Below, in pieces: positions 26,891-37,594 of a stretch of 64,000 nt of DNA (positions within the stretch are counted from its first letter, which is position 1; every line of letters begins with the position of its first letter). The stretch comes from Alphaproteobacteria bacterium (GTDB lineage Bacteria > Pseudomonadota > Alphaproteobacteria > Rs-D84 > CASDRH01): positions 11,519-75,518 of the forward strand of contig JAOASE010000003.1 of assembly GCA_025210155.1 (NCBI GenBank), given 5' to 3'. The notes under the pieces were generated by a model. The model searched no databases. It was not told the origin of the DNA and saw only the letters and a list, made by a program, of their open reading frames with translations. The position numbers and the translations under genes were made by a program.

Positions 26891-27328
26891 ATGTTAAAAA
26901 CAGAAAGTTTCAGAGTTAAACCAAGTAAAGAAGTTTTAAGTAATATTTTTAAATATTTAAAGAATATAGATTGTACTCCAACACCTTCTATAAAAAAGGA
27001 AATTAAAAACTTTTTCGAAAATGAAAGTATTGGAACTATTAGACTAGTTATTAACCATGATGTGGGTGAAGACGTGGGTAATGAAAAAAATCTTTATATT
27101 TTTAAAAATAAAAAGGTCGGTAGATTTACTCTCCCACTAGAGAGGTTAGAAGATAATCTAGTGATAAACATGGTTAATGACAGTATTAGAGAACTAGTTA
27201 TTAATAAGAATAATGTTCAAGCTAAAGATTTTAAGTCTATTTCAACTTCGAGATGGACAATATCTTCAGGAAGTTACTTTGCTGGATTTCCAACTTGCCA
27301 AGTAGTATCAAATTATAACATGGCATAA
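26891..27328 (+). CDS. Hypothetical protein, tandem paralog (145 aa)
   Basis: …IKNFFENESIGTIRLVINHDVGE…LYIFKN. Terminator at about 27337-27370. Confidence 0.45.
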   Translation: MLKTESFRVKPSKEVLSNIFKYLKNIDCTPTPSIKKEIKNFFENESIGTIRLVINHDVGEDVGNEKNLYIFKNKKVGRFTLPLERLEDNLVINMVNDSIRELVINKNNVQAKDFKSISTSRWTISSGSYFAGFPTCQVVSNYNMA

Positions 27329-27458
27329 AATTTTAAATAGAGCACTATCCTAAAAAGATGGTGCTTTTTATTTATATTTGCTATTGAAATGAAAGGGCAA
27401 ATCGTTTATCATAAAGGAAATCGAGGATATAAAAATAAAACAGAAGAGGGACGGATTT

Positions 27459-28634
27459 ATGAAAAATCATTTTTTAAAAACAGCATTATTGACATTAACA
27501 CTTTCAGTAGCAGCAGTTAGCCAGTCCTATTCCTTTGAAACTACTGCAAAAACTGCTACATTATTAGACGTTCAAACGGGCGACATAATCTATTCAAAAA
27601 ATTCAGACACACCACTTCCACCATCATCAATGAGTAAACTTATGACAGCATACATGCTTCTTGATGCAATAAAAGATGGTCAAGTTACTTTAGACCAAGA
27701 GGTCGTAGTATCAGAACACGCAGGTCAAAAGTCTCTAGAAATGCAAAGAGAAGGCGGATCAACTATGTACCTTAAAGCAGGGGATATGGTAAAAGTAGAC
27801 GAACTACTTAAAGGCGTAATCATAGCATCTGCAAACGAAGCTTGCGTAGTAATCGCAGAATTAGTTTCAGGTTCAGAAGAACAATTCGCAATAGACGCTA
27901 ACAAAAAAGCAGAAGAAATCGGAATGACAGGTTCTAATATTGTAAATGCATCAGGCTGGCCAGTTCCAGATCACCTTATGACCTCTCACGACCTTGCCGT
28001 ATTAGGTATGAGGTTACAAAAAGATTTCCCAGATCATTTCGAATACTTTTCTAAAAAGAGCTTTGAATTTAAAACATCTTCAGCTCCATTCATAAATAGA
28101 AACAAACTACTTTGGCTGGATAAATCAGCAACTGGACTAAAAACAGGTCATACAACAGTTGGTGGTTACGGTATGACAGCATCTTTCGATAGAGGCGGAA
28201 GAAAGCTAGTTGCAGTTATGAACGGAATGACATTAGAAGCTAACGGCTCAGCAAGAAAAAATATTGAAAGATCTAAAAGATTAAAAGAATTTGCAGATTG
28301 GGGTTACGCAACAACAGAAAACTACAAATTCTTTACTGCAGGTCAAACAGTTCTTGAAGCTCCAGTTTGGTATGGTAAAAAAGCTACTGCTGAACTAACA
28401 ACTTCAGAAGATATAGTTTTAACTCTTCAAAAAGGTGGATACAAAAATGTAGACTTCATCGCTTACTACTTAGGTCCAATCAATGCCGGAGTTAAAAAAG
28501 GCGAAGTTATTGGAGAGCTTTCTATAGAGAAAGAAGGTAAAGTACTTAAAACATTTGATCTAGTTGCCAAAGAAGACATTAAAGCGGCAGGAATACTAGG
28601 TAAATTCTTAAACAACATTAAGAACTTATTCTAA
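27459..28634 (+). CDS. dacA: D-alanyl-D-alanine carboxypeptidase (PBP5/6 type, S11)
   Basis: Signal peptide. SMSKLMTAY (SxxK), IASANEA (SxN), KTGHT (KTG). Confidence 0.85.
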   Translation: MKNHFLKTALLTLTLSVAAVSQSYSFETTAKTATLLDVQTGDIIYSKNSDTPLPPSSMSKLMTAYMLLDAIKDGQVTLDQEVVVSEHAGQKSLEMQREGGSTMYLKAGDMVKVDELLKGVIIASANEACVVIAELVSGSEEQFAIDANKKAEEIGMTGSNIVNASGWPVPDHLMTSHDLAVLGMRLQKDFPDHFEYFSKKSFEFKTSSAPFINRNKLLWLDKSATGLKTGHTTVGGYGMTASFDRGGRKLVAVMNGMTLEANGSARKNIERSKRLKEFADWGYATTENYKFFTAGQTVLEAPVWYGKKATAELTTSEDIVLTLQKGGYKNVDFIAYYLGPINAGVKKGEVIGELSIEKEGKVLKTFDLVAKEDIKAAGILGKFLNNIKNLF

Positions 28635-28785
28635 AAAATAATATAATACTTAGATCTCTCGAATTATATTCGGGAGATTTTTTTATTACAATCAATAGTG
28701 TGAAAAACTCAATTTGCTATTGAAAAGATATTTTTAATCATCTACCATATAATTATAAAGAGGACAAAATTGAAAGGCTACGACC

Positions 28786-30693
28786 ATGGACGCACAAAAC
28801 ACTAAACCAAAAAAAGGCGTAAAAAGAATTTTCAGATTAAAGAAAGTTGTAAAACCAGGCAAAAGAGAAATATTCAAAAAGAAAAAGCCATTCATTCTCT
28901 TCAGACCATTTATATCAATATTTAATTATCTAATGAGAGGGCTAAGAGTTCTTGGTAATTTCATAGCAGCAATCTTCGCATTAATAGTAATCCTAAACAT
29001 AGCAGGTTTCATCGGAAGCCTATTAGAAGGAAAAGAAACAGAAGACGAAATGGTTCTAGTAGTTGACCTTAACAAAGGTGTAGCTGACAGCGAAGAAGAA
29101 TTCTTTATCAATATAGATTTCGATCAACCATATCATCTATCAAGCCTTTCTAAAAAAATTGAAATAGCAGCTAAAGACGAAAAAATTAAAGCAATAGTTT
29201 TCAAAGGTGAAGACAACCAGTTGGGTCTTGCATCAATAGAAGAAATCAAAAACGCTCTTAAGAAATACAACGAAAGCGGAAAGAAATCTATCTACTTCTC
29301 AAAAACTTTCGGAGCAGGTATGTCTAACGGCATAGCAGAATACTACTTAGCAACATCTCTAAAAGAAATCTGGATGGAAAGTAATAGCACATTAAACCTT
29401 CTAGGTATAGGCATAGAAAAACCTTATTATAAAGAATTGTTTAATAAGATTGATGTTAAGCCAGTCTTCTCAAAAAGACATGAATACAAAACAGGTCCAA
29501 ACACATACTTAGAAAACAACGCAACACCAGAAGAAATGTCATTCACAAAAGACTTCTCTAAAGAAGTATACGACATGATCATAAGTGAAATTGCCATCAA
29601 AAGAGGAATAAGCGTAGATACAGTTTCAAAAATTGTTGATACAGCACCTCTAAATGACAAAGAAGCCCTTCAACTAAAACTTATAGATAAAATCTCTACA
29701 AGAATTGAATTTAACGAAGAGCTTAAAAAACTATATGGTGAAGATATCAAATTTAAAGACATCGCTAGCTACAAACCAAATCTAGAAGATTTCGGATATA
29801 ATAACACAAAAGAAGATAAGGTTATCCTTTCTATCAATATAGATGGAATTATTATAGACGGAGAAGCTGAAGACGCTCCAATGGGATATGTTGTTTCAGA
29901 ACCAATAGTAACATCTATCTACCAAGAAGTTAAATCAGAAAGCATAGATGGTATAGTTGTAAGGGTAAACTCTCCAGGCGGAAGCTATACAGCATCAAAC
30001 GAAATATATAAAGCTCTTATGTGGGCAAGAGAGAAGGGCATACCTGTATTCGTAAGCCAAGGAGATTATGCAGCCTCAGGAGGATACTTCATCTCAATAG
30101 CTTCAGATAAGATTTTCGCGAACAAGGGTACTCTTACTGGATCTATAGGAGTTTACGGTGGTAAATTTGTTGGAACAGAAGAACTTTGGAATACTCTAGG
30201 TATAAACTGGTACAGACATTCAATAGGTAAAAACGCAGGAATGGGAAGCGTAACAAAAGATTTCTCAGAAACTCAAAAAGCTGCATTTGAAAGAAGCCTA
30301 GACTTAGTGTACCAAGACTTTACAACTAAAGTATCAGAAGCAAGAGGTATATCTCTTAAAGAACTTGATAAGTTAGCAAGAGGTAGAGTATGGCTTGGTA
30401 AAAACTCAGTTAGAAACAAATTAGTCGATGGTATTGCAGATTACAACACTGTAGTTAATAAAATGAAAGTAGAACTAGGATTAAAAGAAACTGATTTAGT
30501 AATCTTAAAATCTATCCCAGATTCATCATCTGAAATAGAGCAACTTAAAAGATTAATAGGCAAAAACATGTCAATCAAATCAGCAATAAAAGAAGAAATT
30601 GGCATAGATGATAAATCAGCACTATGGATTGAAAACTTCCTAATAGGAAAAGACATCAAGATGGTAGCAGAGCCAATCTTCATAGATATGTAA
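28786..30693 (+). CDS. sppA: Signal peptide peptidase SppA (protease IV, 67K type, S49)
   Basis: 635 aa. N-terminal TM. VRVNSPGGSYTASNEIYKAL and ASGGYFIS S49 motifs. Confidence 0.85.
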   Translation: MDAQNTKPKKGVKRIFRLKKVVKPGKREIFKKKKPFILFRPFISIFNYLMRGLRVLGNFIAAIFALIVILNIAGFIGSLLEGKETEDEMVLVVDLNKGVADSEEEFFINIDFDQPYHLSSLSKKIEIAAKDEKIKAIVFKGEDNQLGLASIEEIKNALKKYNESGKKSIYFSKTFGAGMSNGIAEYYLATSLKEIWMESNSTLNLLGIGIEKPYYKELFNKIDVKPVFSKRHEYKTGPNTYLENNATPEEMSFTKDFSKEVYDMIISEIAIKRGISVDTVSKIVDTAPLNDKEALQLKLIDKISTRIEFNEELKKLYGEDIKFKDIASYKPNLEDFGYNNTKEDKVILSINIDGIIIDGEAEDAPMGYVVSEPIVTSIYQEVKSESIDGIVVRVNSPGGSYTASNEIYKALMWAREKGIPVFVSQGDYAASGGYFISIASDKIFANKGTLTGSIGVYGGKFVGTEELWNTLGINWYRHSIGKNAGMGSVTKDFSETQKAAFERSLDLVYQDFTTKVSEARGISLKELDKLARGRVWLGKNSVRNKLVDGIADYNTVVNKMKVELGLKETDLVILKSIPDSSSEIEQLKRLIGKNMSIKSAIKEEIGIDDKSALWIENFLIGKDIKMVAEPIFIDM

Positions 30694-30694
30694 T

Positions 30695-30916
30695 ATGCAA
30701 ATATCGGTAAAAGTAATCACAAACAGCTCTCGTAACGCAATAGAAGAGGTAGGCAATAATGAATTCAAAGCCTACCTTACTTGCGTACCTGAAAAGGGTA
30801 AAGCAAATAAACAACTGATAAAACTTTTATCAAAACATTTCTCAGTTTCAAAATCTTCTATAGAAATAAAGGTTGGCGAACTATCAAAAAACAAAATCCT
30901 AGAAATAGAAAAATAA
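30695..30916 (+). CDS. DUF167/YggU-family small protein
   Basis: 73 aa. ...VPEKGKANKQLIKLLSKHFSVSKSSIEIKVGELSKNK matches the YggU pattern (P..GkAN..l...L...l.v.ks.v.i..G..sr.K). Followed by a terminator. Confidence 0.55.
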   Translation: MQISVKVITNSSRNAIEEVGNNEFKAYLTCVPEKGKANKQLIKLLSKHFSVSKSSIEIKVGELSKNKILEIEK

Positions 30917-30957
30917 ACCCCTCAAAATCGAGAGGGAGTTTTTATATTTTTTAAATC

Positions 30958-32175
30958 CTAACCTAATAATTGTTTTTTGATTGCATTCTTAATAGAGCCA
31001 GCAACTTCAGTTCTATACCAAAGTTTATTAAGCAAGCCTTCTTCCTTAGAATTAGAAAGGAACCCAGCCTCAATTAATACAGATGGGACAGAAGACTTAA
31101 GAACGGCAAACGGAGCTTGTCTATGAGGCTTAGATAATAATTTAATGTTTCTATTTCTCTTAACTTCTCTAACTATAGCATCTGCAAATTCCATAGAAGT
31201 TTCTTTTACAATAGTTTGATTTAATTCTCCTAAGATATTTTTTACCACAGGATCATATTCTTCAAAGTGATTGTCTCCAATTAAATCGGCAGCATTTTCT
31301 TTTTCAGCCAGTCTTCTAGCTTCTTCGTCGGATGCTTTATCAGAAAGTGTATACACAGATAAGCCACGAGCTCTTTTATTTCTATTAGAATCGGCATGAA
31401 TAGATAAGAATAAATCAGCTTTATTTTTATCAGAAATCATAGCTCTATCTTTTAACTTGATAAACTTATCAGAATCCCTAGTCATAATAACTTTAAAATT
31501 CTTTTCTTTCCTAAGTTGATTTCTAATGTTCTTAGCTAACAAAAGAACAATATCTTTCTCTCTAGTTCTCTTTCTTCCAATAGCACCAGGATCTTTACCA
31601 CCATGACCAGCATCAATAACTACAGTATAAGTTCTTTTTTCTTTAACAACAGGCTTGTTGGTATCACCTTCAACGGCTTCTTTCTCAGCAAGCTTTAAAT
31701 CAAATACAAGTCTATGCCCTTTATCCGCAGAAGGAGGTATAGCAAAGTCCTTTTGTATAGCAGCGCTATCAGATAAATCTAGAATTATTTTAATATTTTT
31801 ATTATTTTGGGGATCTACAATATATCTAGTCTTATTCACAAAACCGGTTTTAACAGTCGTATCATCTAATCCATTAAAATTAGCATTCTCAATATTGATA
31901 ATCATTCTATTAGGATTTTTAATGAAAGAATAAGTATATTTAATCTTATCAGAACTCTCTATCACAAACCTAATTAGCTTACCATTTTGCTTGCCAAGTC
32001 TGAATGCTTTCAGATTGTTTTTACCTTTACCACCATCACGGTTAGTGCCGGCTGCAAACGCAATCGACGGAGAGACTTTTGAAAATAAAACGCAAAAAAC
32101 AGCAAAATTAGATATCTTTGCTAAAACTTCTCTCCTAGTCACAAAATTTTTATTATTTTCCACCTTACTACTCAT
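30958..32175 (-). CDS. amiC: N-acetylmuramoyl-L-alanine amidase (AmiC-like, Tat-exported)
   Basis: TRREVL Tat motif in the signal peptide and VVIDAGHGGKDPGAIG Amidase_3 motif. Confidence 0.85.
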   Translation of the reverse strand: MSSKVENNKNFVTRREVLAKISNFAVFCVLFSKVSPSIAFAAGTNRDGGKGKNNLKAFRLGKQNGKLIRFVIESSDKIKYTYSFIKNPNRMIINIENANFNGLDDTTVKTGFVNKTRYIVDPQNNKNIKIILDLSDSAAIQKDFAIPPSADKGHRLVFDLKLAEKEAVEGDTNKPVVKEKRTYTVVIDAGHGGKDPGAIGRKRTREKDIVLLLAKNIRNQLRKEKNFKVIMTRDSDKFIKLKDRAMISDKNKADLFLSIHADSNRNKRARGLSVYTLSDKASDEEARRLAEKENAADLIGDNHFEEYDPVVKNILGELNQTIVKETSMEFADAIVREVKRNRNIKLLSKPHRQAPFAVLKSSVPSVLIEAGFLSNSKEEGLLNKLWYRTEVAGSIKNAIKKQLLG

Positions 32176-32491
32176 AAGACCAAATATAGCAAAAACCTAA
32201 GAAACTTTCAAATAAAAAATGTTGTTTATTAATAATAATGTGATTCGCAAAAAATAGTTTTTTAGTCATGAATTTATGTAAATAATAATTAAGAATAGGA
32301 AAAGTACCTAAAAAGCAAAATTTTATTAAAGGAGGTGAAATGCCCGAATACACTTGGGTTTTAAAGGTTTTATATATAAAAGCAACCCCATTCAAAAACA
32401 AAAAACTTGACAAATAAAAATGAATCGTAGTATATTATTGTCAATAAACACAATACTTTTTATACCCACAAAAACTTAAAATCGTAGAATA

Positions 32492-33262
32492 ATGAAAAAT
32501 TTAATTTCACTTATCGCCTTATTGTTAATCACAGTATTAACTATAGCACAGGAAAACAAGAAAGACCTAGGTCTCAGAATTAACGTAAGTAAGAGCAGTA
32601 TGAACACAGATCATCAACGAGGATCAAATATGGAACCTTGGACGTTTGATTTTGTCAGTATCGATCGCTTTGCCGGTTATTATGATGATCCAGCAAATCC
32701 TAATGTATACGGAATTATAAATCCAGGAGGAGAGGCTCCAACAACAATTAATCACATTCGCTTAGAAATAGAGAAGCGAATGTTTAAAGTTAATTTCTTC
32801 GAAGAAAAGTTTGATTTACCAATAAAAAGTTCTTTTTGGAGCTATCTTGGATACTCAACTTTCACTCATGAAGATATGGTTGGATACCAGCTCAGAGGAA
32901 TAAACTTCCATCTTCCTAAAGGAGAAGAATTTACCAGAGGTTATCGCCGGAGTGATTTCAAAATGAAGGGAACAGGGATCTTTATAGGTATTCGTCCTGA
33001 GTTCATGTACCATTTTAATGAAGAATCTAAACTTCGTGCCGGCTTATCATTTAGCCTTGGAGTAGCATTTAACAAGTACGAAATGGACAGCTCCTTTGAT
33101 GAATTCAAAGATCAAAAGGAAACACACTTCGACGGTGATGTAACTTTAAGATTTGGTTACGGTCCTGCTGAAATTTTCTTCAGTCCTGTAGTCAGCTCTA
33201 TGTATAAAAAAGACGGGAAATATGAGGGAAAGAATCGAATAGGCCTAGCCTTTACATTCTAA
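32492..33262 (+). CDS. Putative outer-membrane beta-barrel protein
   Basis: Signal peptide MKNLISLIALLLITVLTIAQ, alternating amphipathic strands, C-terminal ...LAFTF (terminal Phe). Terminator 33300-33328. Confidence 0.5.
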   Translation: MKNLISLIALLLITVLTIAQENKKDLGLRINVSKSSMNTDHQRGSNMEPWTFDFVSIDRFAGYYDDPANPNVYGIINPGGEAPTTINHIRLEIEKRMFKVNFFEEKFDLPIKSSFWSYLGYSTFTHEDMVGYQLRGINFHLPKGEEFTRGYRRSDFKMKGTGIFIGIRPEFMYHFNEESKLRAGLSFSLGVAFNKYEMDSSFDEFKDQKETHFDGDVTLRFGYGPAEIFFSPVVSSMYKKDGKYEGKNRIGLAFTF

Positions 33263-33362
33263 AATTTTTCAGCCGTAGTGGCTTGCGAATAAAAAGAAAG
33301 ATGTTCATTTATTGAGCATCTTTTTTTTACAAAAATAAAACCTCCCGAAGGAGGCTTTCTTA

Positions 33363-34820
33363 TTAATAGAATTCAATCTCTAACTCAGGCAATAGAGGAA
33401 CCGATGACATTTTATCTTCACCAATTTCTTCTACATCTACGCCAAGATTTCTAAGATTTTTAACTAGGTTAGGGTATCCTCTAATTGCCCATTTAGCATT
33501 AGAAACAGTACTAGTTCCTTTAGCTGCACAAGCTGCCCAAATTAAAGCACAAGTACCTCTTAAGTCAGGACCTTCCATGTCGGCCGCTTTAAATTCAAAC
33601 TCTGGGTTACCATGAATTTTGATATAAGCATGTTCACCTGTAGAATAAGAATTTACAGAATAAGACTCTTCACTCTTAACAATTTCAGCTTCAAACTTAG
33701 CGCCCATCTTAGATAGCTCAGGCATATGAACTATTCTTGAAATCCAAATAGGATCTATGATTTCAGACATACCATTCGCTTTAAGTAATAATGGAGCCCA
33801 CAATTGATGAAGATCAGTTTCATCACCAGGGAATGGAGTCATTAACATATGTTGTAGCGGAACATCTTTATAATCTTTATGAGCAGATACAAAGATACCA
33901 TTAGGCATAATTCTCACATCAGCACAATGCTTAAATCTACTTAGGAACGGCGTTAAAGTATTGTAATCACATTGTTCTATAAATACTTCACCTCCAGTAA
34001 CAGCAGCTAACAACGCATAACTAGCAGCTTCTAATCTATCTGGCATAATAACATAAGTCACACCTTTAAGAAGAGATGGCTTAGCTAATTGGTTTTTCAC
34101 AAGACCAGTAGAATTTCTACCATTAATCTTAATAATATCTTTACCCATTAAGTTTAACATATTAAGTAAATCTTCAATCTCAGGTTCTTGAGAAGCATTA
34201 AGCATAGAAATAGTTCCATTACCAACTGATGCTAACAAGAAGTTCATTGTAGCACCGTGAGACATTCTTACAGTAGAGAAGTAAGTAAGTTTATCATCCA
34301 TCTTTTTATTTTCAGGAAGAGTGAATACTAATAAAGCATTACCATCTTTATCAACTTTTTCTTCAGTAGTAACACCTAAAACTTTTTCTAATAATTTGAT
34401 ATGGAAGTCATATTTTCTAGTAGACTCACCAATTTTACATCCACCAGGACTTACAACAACTAAGCTATCAAACTCTCTAGTGATAGCAAATCTAGCTAAT
34501 AGAGCAGACCAGAAGTAATAAGATCCTCTAATTTTCTTTGAAGCATCTGCAGGTATAACATTCGTTTTTATTGTTTTAGCTTCAATTTCCATTTCTCTTG
34601 ATTCAGGACTGTGTTTAATATCTACACCAATGTGTTGCATAATAGAACCAAACAAAAGAACATCTGAGATTAATGGAACATTTTTCAATACAACTTTTTC
34701 TCTAGTCAAGAGCGATGCAGCCATCAATCCCATAACTGAATTTTTAGCACCTGAAATTCTAACTTTACCTGAAACTGGTTTACCACCAGTGATTTTAATT
34801 TTTTCTGGAATTTTAAACAT
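33363..34820 (-). CDS. murA: UDP-N-acetylglucosamine 1-carboxyvinyltransferase (MurA, long form)
   Basis: N-terminal KITGGKPVSGKVRISGAKNS, then GGCKIG (active-site Cys loop) of the EPSP-synthase fold. 485 aa, so it carries insertions relative to E. coli MurA. Confidence 0.75.
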   Translation of the reverse strand: MFKIPEKIKITGGKPVSGKVRISGAKNSVMGLMAASLLTREKVVLKNVPLISDVLLFGSIMQHIGVDIKHSPESREMEIEAKTIKTNVIPADASKKIRGSYYFWSALLARFAITREFDSLVVVSPGGCKIGESTRKYDFHIKLLEKVLGVTTEEKVDKDGNALLVFTLPENKKMDDKLTYFSTVRMSHGATMNFLLASVGNGTISMLNASQEPEIEDLLNMLNLMGKDIIKINGRNSTGLVKNQLAKPSLLKGVTYVIMPDRLEAASYALLAAVTGGEVFIEQCDYNTLTPFLSRFKHCADVRIMPNGIFVSAHKDYKDVPLQHMLMTPFPGDETDLHQLWAPLLLKANGMSEIIDPIWISRIVHMPELSKMGAKFEAEIVKSEESYSVNSYSTGEHAYIKIHGNPEFEFKAADMEGPDLRGTCALIWAACAAKGTSTVSNAKWAIRGYPNLVKNLRNLGVDVEEIGEDKMSSVPLLPELEIEFY

Positions 34821-34947
34821 GACTTAACCCTTTCGTATTGCAATTAAAAAATAATTATATCCTATATAAAAGATATAGCAGATTCTCTACATTTTTCAAG
34901 GCAAATAAATAAAATATTTTGCAAAAAAATATTATTATGATAAACTA

Positions 34948-36069
34948 ATGAAAAAAAGGGGCATAAAAAGAATGATTAAAAAGAATTTTCATCTTATATT
35001 AGCAACGCTATTATTAGCATCATGTGATCCGTTCGTAAACATGGGAGGTTATCCTGACTCAGTTCCTACAGACAGAGAGTTTTACGCACAAAGAATTAGC
35101 CATGGAGATATTCCAAATTGGTACAGAGAAGATTGGAAAGAAGTTGTAGCTCCATTCACTCGTTCATGTAAAGCATTCTTAAAAATGTCACCAAACAAAA
35201 AAATCTCAACTTCATACGTAGACGTAACAGTTGGCGATATGCAAACAGTTTGTGAAAGATGGAAAAGAGGTAGGTACCATGAAGCTTCATCTTCATCAAT
35301 CAGAGGTTTCTTCGAAAGTAACTTCGAAGCCAAGAAAATATATTCAAGAGGTAAACCAACTGGAACTATCACAGGATACTACGAACCTTATATGAAAGGT
35401 ACAAAGTTCCCAACTTGTGAAACTCTTACACCAGTATACGGTCTACCATTCAAAGAAGGTCATAGAAACTATACAAGGGCCAACATAGAAAGTGGTATCC
35501 TTACAGACAAAGCTCCAGTAATTTACTGGGTTGAAAATCCTGTAGACTACTTCATTATGCAAATCCAAGGCGGTGGTGTAATCTTAGACGAAGAAAGAGG
35601 GCAAACTCGTCTAGCATACGCAGGTAACAATAGCCACAAATTCTTAGGTATAGGAAAAATACTAAAAGATAAAGGTGTTAAACTAAACGATTGGAGTATG
35701 CAATCAGTTAAAGCTTGGTTAAAAGCAAATCCTGAAGCAGCTAAACAATACATGAAAGAAAACCCAAGATACATTTACTATACTCAAGTAAAAAGTCCTG
35801 GTCCTCTAGGAACAATGGGTGTGCCACTAACATCAGGTCGAAGTCTTGCTGTAGATAGAACATACTACCCATTAGGATTACCTATGTGGATTGACTTTAA
35901 AACTGTAGATAAAGAAACTATTTCTAAGATGGCATTTGCCCAAGACACAGGAACAGCTATCAAAGGTGGTATAAGAGCAGACTATTTCTGGGGAACAGGT
36001 TCAGACGCTTTCGCAGAAGCAGGAAGAACTCACGCTCAAGGAAGCTTATATCTACTATTACCTAGATAG
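34948..36069 (+). CDS. mltA: Membrane-bound lytic murein transglycosylase A (MltA-like lipoprotein)
   Basis: Lipobox LLASC. The length and the C-terminal 3D-domain-like segment (...DYFWGTGSDAFAEAGRTHAQGSLYLLLP) resemble MltA. Confidence 0.65.
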   Translation: MKKRGIKRMIKKNFHLILATLLLASCDPFVNMGGYPDSVPTDREFYAQRISHGDIPNWYREDWKEVVAPFTRSCKAFLKMSPNKKISTSYVDVTVGDMQTVCERWKRGRYHEASSSSIRGFFESNFEAKKIYSRGKPTGTITGYYEPYMKGTKFPTCETLTPVYGLPFKEGHRNYTRANIESGILTDKAPVIYWVENPVDYFIMQIQGGGVILDEERGQTRLAYAGNNSHKFLGIGKILKDKGVKLNDWSMQSVKAWLKANPEAAKQYMKENPRYIYYTQVKSPGPLGTMGVPLTSGRSLAVDRTYYPLGLPMWIDFKTVDKETISKMAFAQDTGTAIKGGIRADYFWGTGSDAFAEAGRTHAQGSLYLLLPR

Positions 36070-36211
36070 AAGGCTTTTAGATAAAATTAAGGAGTTACAA
36101 TTTGTGACTTCTTTTTTTCAATTGATTTCCCAGTAAAAGAATTTATAATAATTAAAGAAAAAAACTAGAATAGTTTCTATTTAAATTCGTGAAAAAGACG
36201 AAGGATTAAAA

Positions 36212-37228
36212 ATGAAGATATTGGGCATAGAATCATCTTGCGATGAAACAGCAGTAGCTATAGTAAATGAAAAAGGTGAGGTATTATCACATCAATTAAT
36301 ATCCCAAACAGAACACCTTGAATACGGTGGTGTAGTTCCTGAAATTGCATCAAGAGCACACGTAGACGCTATAGACTCGCTATTCAATAAAGCCCTAGAT
36401 GAAGCTAATTGTAAAATAGAAGACTTAGACGCAATATCTGCGACTACAGGTCCAGGACTTGTCGGCGGACTTATTGTAGGCACAACATTCGCCCAAGCTA
36501 TAGCAGGCTTCTCAAATAAACCATTCATATCAGTTAATCACTTACAAGCACATGGACTTATGGCAAGAATGGGAACAGATTTACAATTCCCATATATACT
36601 ATTGCTAGTATCAGGCGGACACACACAAATCCTTCTAGTTAAAGACGTAGATGACTTCGAACTTATCGGTGAAAGTATAGATGACGCCGCAGGAGAATGT
36701 TTCGACAAAGTAGCTAAGATTATGGACCTACCATATCCAGGGGGACCAAAGATAGATAAGTTATCAGGCGAGGGTGACTCAAATAAATATACCTTACCTA
36801 AACCTCTTATCAAAGAACCTAATTGCAACTTCAGTTTTTCAGGTTTAAAATCTGCATCATTAAGATTAGTTAATGATCTACAACCAATAGACGAAACAAA
36901 GAAAGCAGATATATCAGCCGTATTCCAAAAAACAGTTTGCGAAATAGTAGATGTAAAAATTCGCAGAGCTTTGGACGAAGTTAAGAGCAGGGGAATCAAT
37001 CCAACATCTTTAGTTGTTAGCGGTGGTGTGGGTGCTAATTCAGGAGTTAGAAAAACTCTTCAAAATATATCGGAAGAAAGCGATATAGACTTCATTGCCC
37101 CTCCAATCAAACTTTGTATGGATAACGGCGTAATGATAGCCTGGACAGGTTTAGAATTATTTAGAAAAGGTAAAACATCTCCACTAGATATAGTTCCAAA
37201 TCCAAGATGGCAATTAAAAGACCTATAA
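36212..37228 (+). CDS. tsaD: tRNA N6-adenosine threonylcarbamoyltransferase TsaD
   Basis: MKILGIESSCDETAVAI..., VSGGVGAN; the Kae1/TsaD family. Confidence 0.9.
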   Translation: MKILGIESSCDETAVAIVNEKGEVLSHQLISQTEHLEYGGVVPEIASRAHVDAIDSLFNKALDEANCKIEDLDAISATTGPGLVGGLIVGTTFAQAIAGFSNKPFISVNHLQAHGLMARMGTDLQFPYILLLVSGGHTQILLVKDVDDFELIGESIDDAAGECFDKVAKIMDLPYPGGPKIDKLSGEGDSNKYTLPKPLIKEPNCNFSFSGLKSASLRLVNDLQPIDETKKADISAVFQKTVCEIVDVKIRRALDEVKSRGINPTSLVVSGGVGANSGVRKTLQNISEESDIDFIAPPIKLCMDNGVMIAWTGLELFRKGKTSPLDIVPNPRWQLKDL

Positions 37229-37340
37229 AAGACAAAGCTCAGAAATAAAACTGAGCTTCTTTTTTCCAATTGACATCATCTTAATATAGAATTATATTCT
37301 AAGGAAACAATTCCTTTTAAAACAGAAAAATCAACTACCT

Positions 37341-37535
37341 ATGAAAACTAAATTTGAAAAGGGATTTTTCGTAATACAAGTCATTCTCATGGCGGTAGTG
37401 CTGGCACTATTTATAGCCAACAAAACTCCTGATGACTGGCGAGAAACCTTCAATTTTGAGCGCAAATGTAAAAAAGAAATAAAATCCGGACACTCCTCTG
37501 GATTTTTTTTATTAAAAACACAACTTTCTCGTTGA
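37341..37535 (+). CDS. Small membrane protein (64 aa), tentative
   Basis: TTGACA-N17-TATATT promoter at about 37270-37300 and a hairpin plus T8 terminator at about 37490-37520 bracket this ORF. Confidence 0.3.
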   Translation: MKTKFEKGFFVIQVILMAVVLALFIANKTPDDWRETFNFERKCKKEIKSGHSSGFFLLKTQLSR

Positions 37536-37594
37536 CAAAACATTGAAATAAGCTTATATTCTCAACAAACAATAACACTTTAAATCCCTTACAT

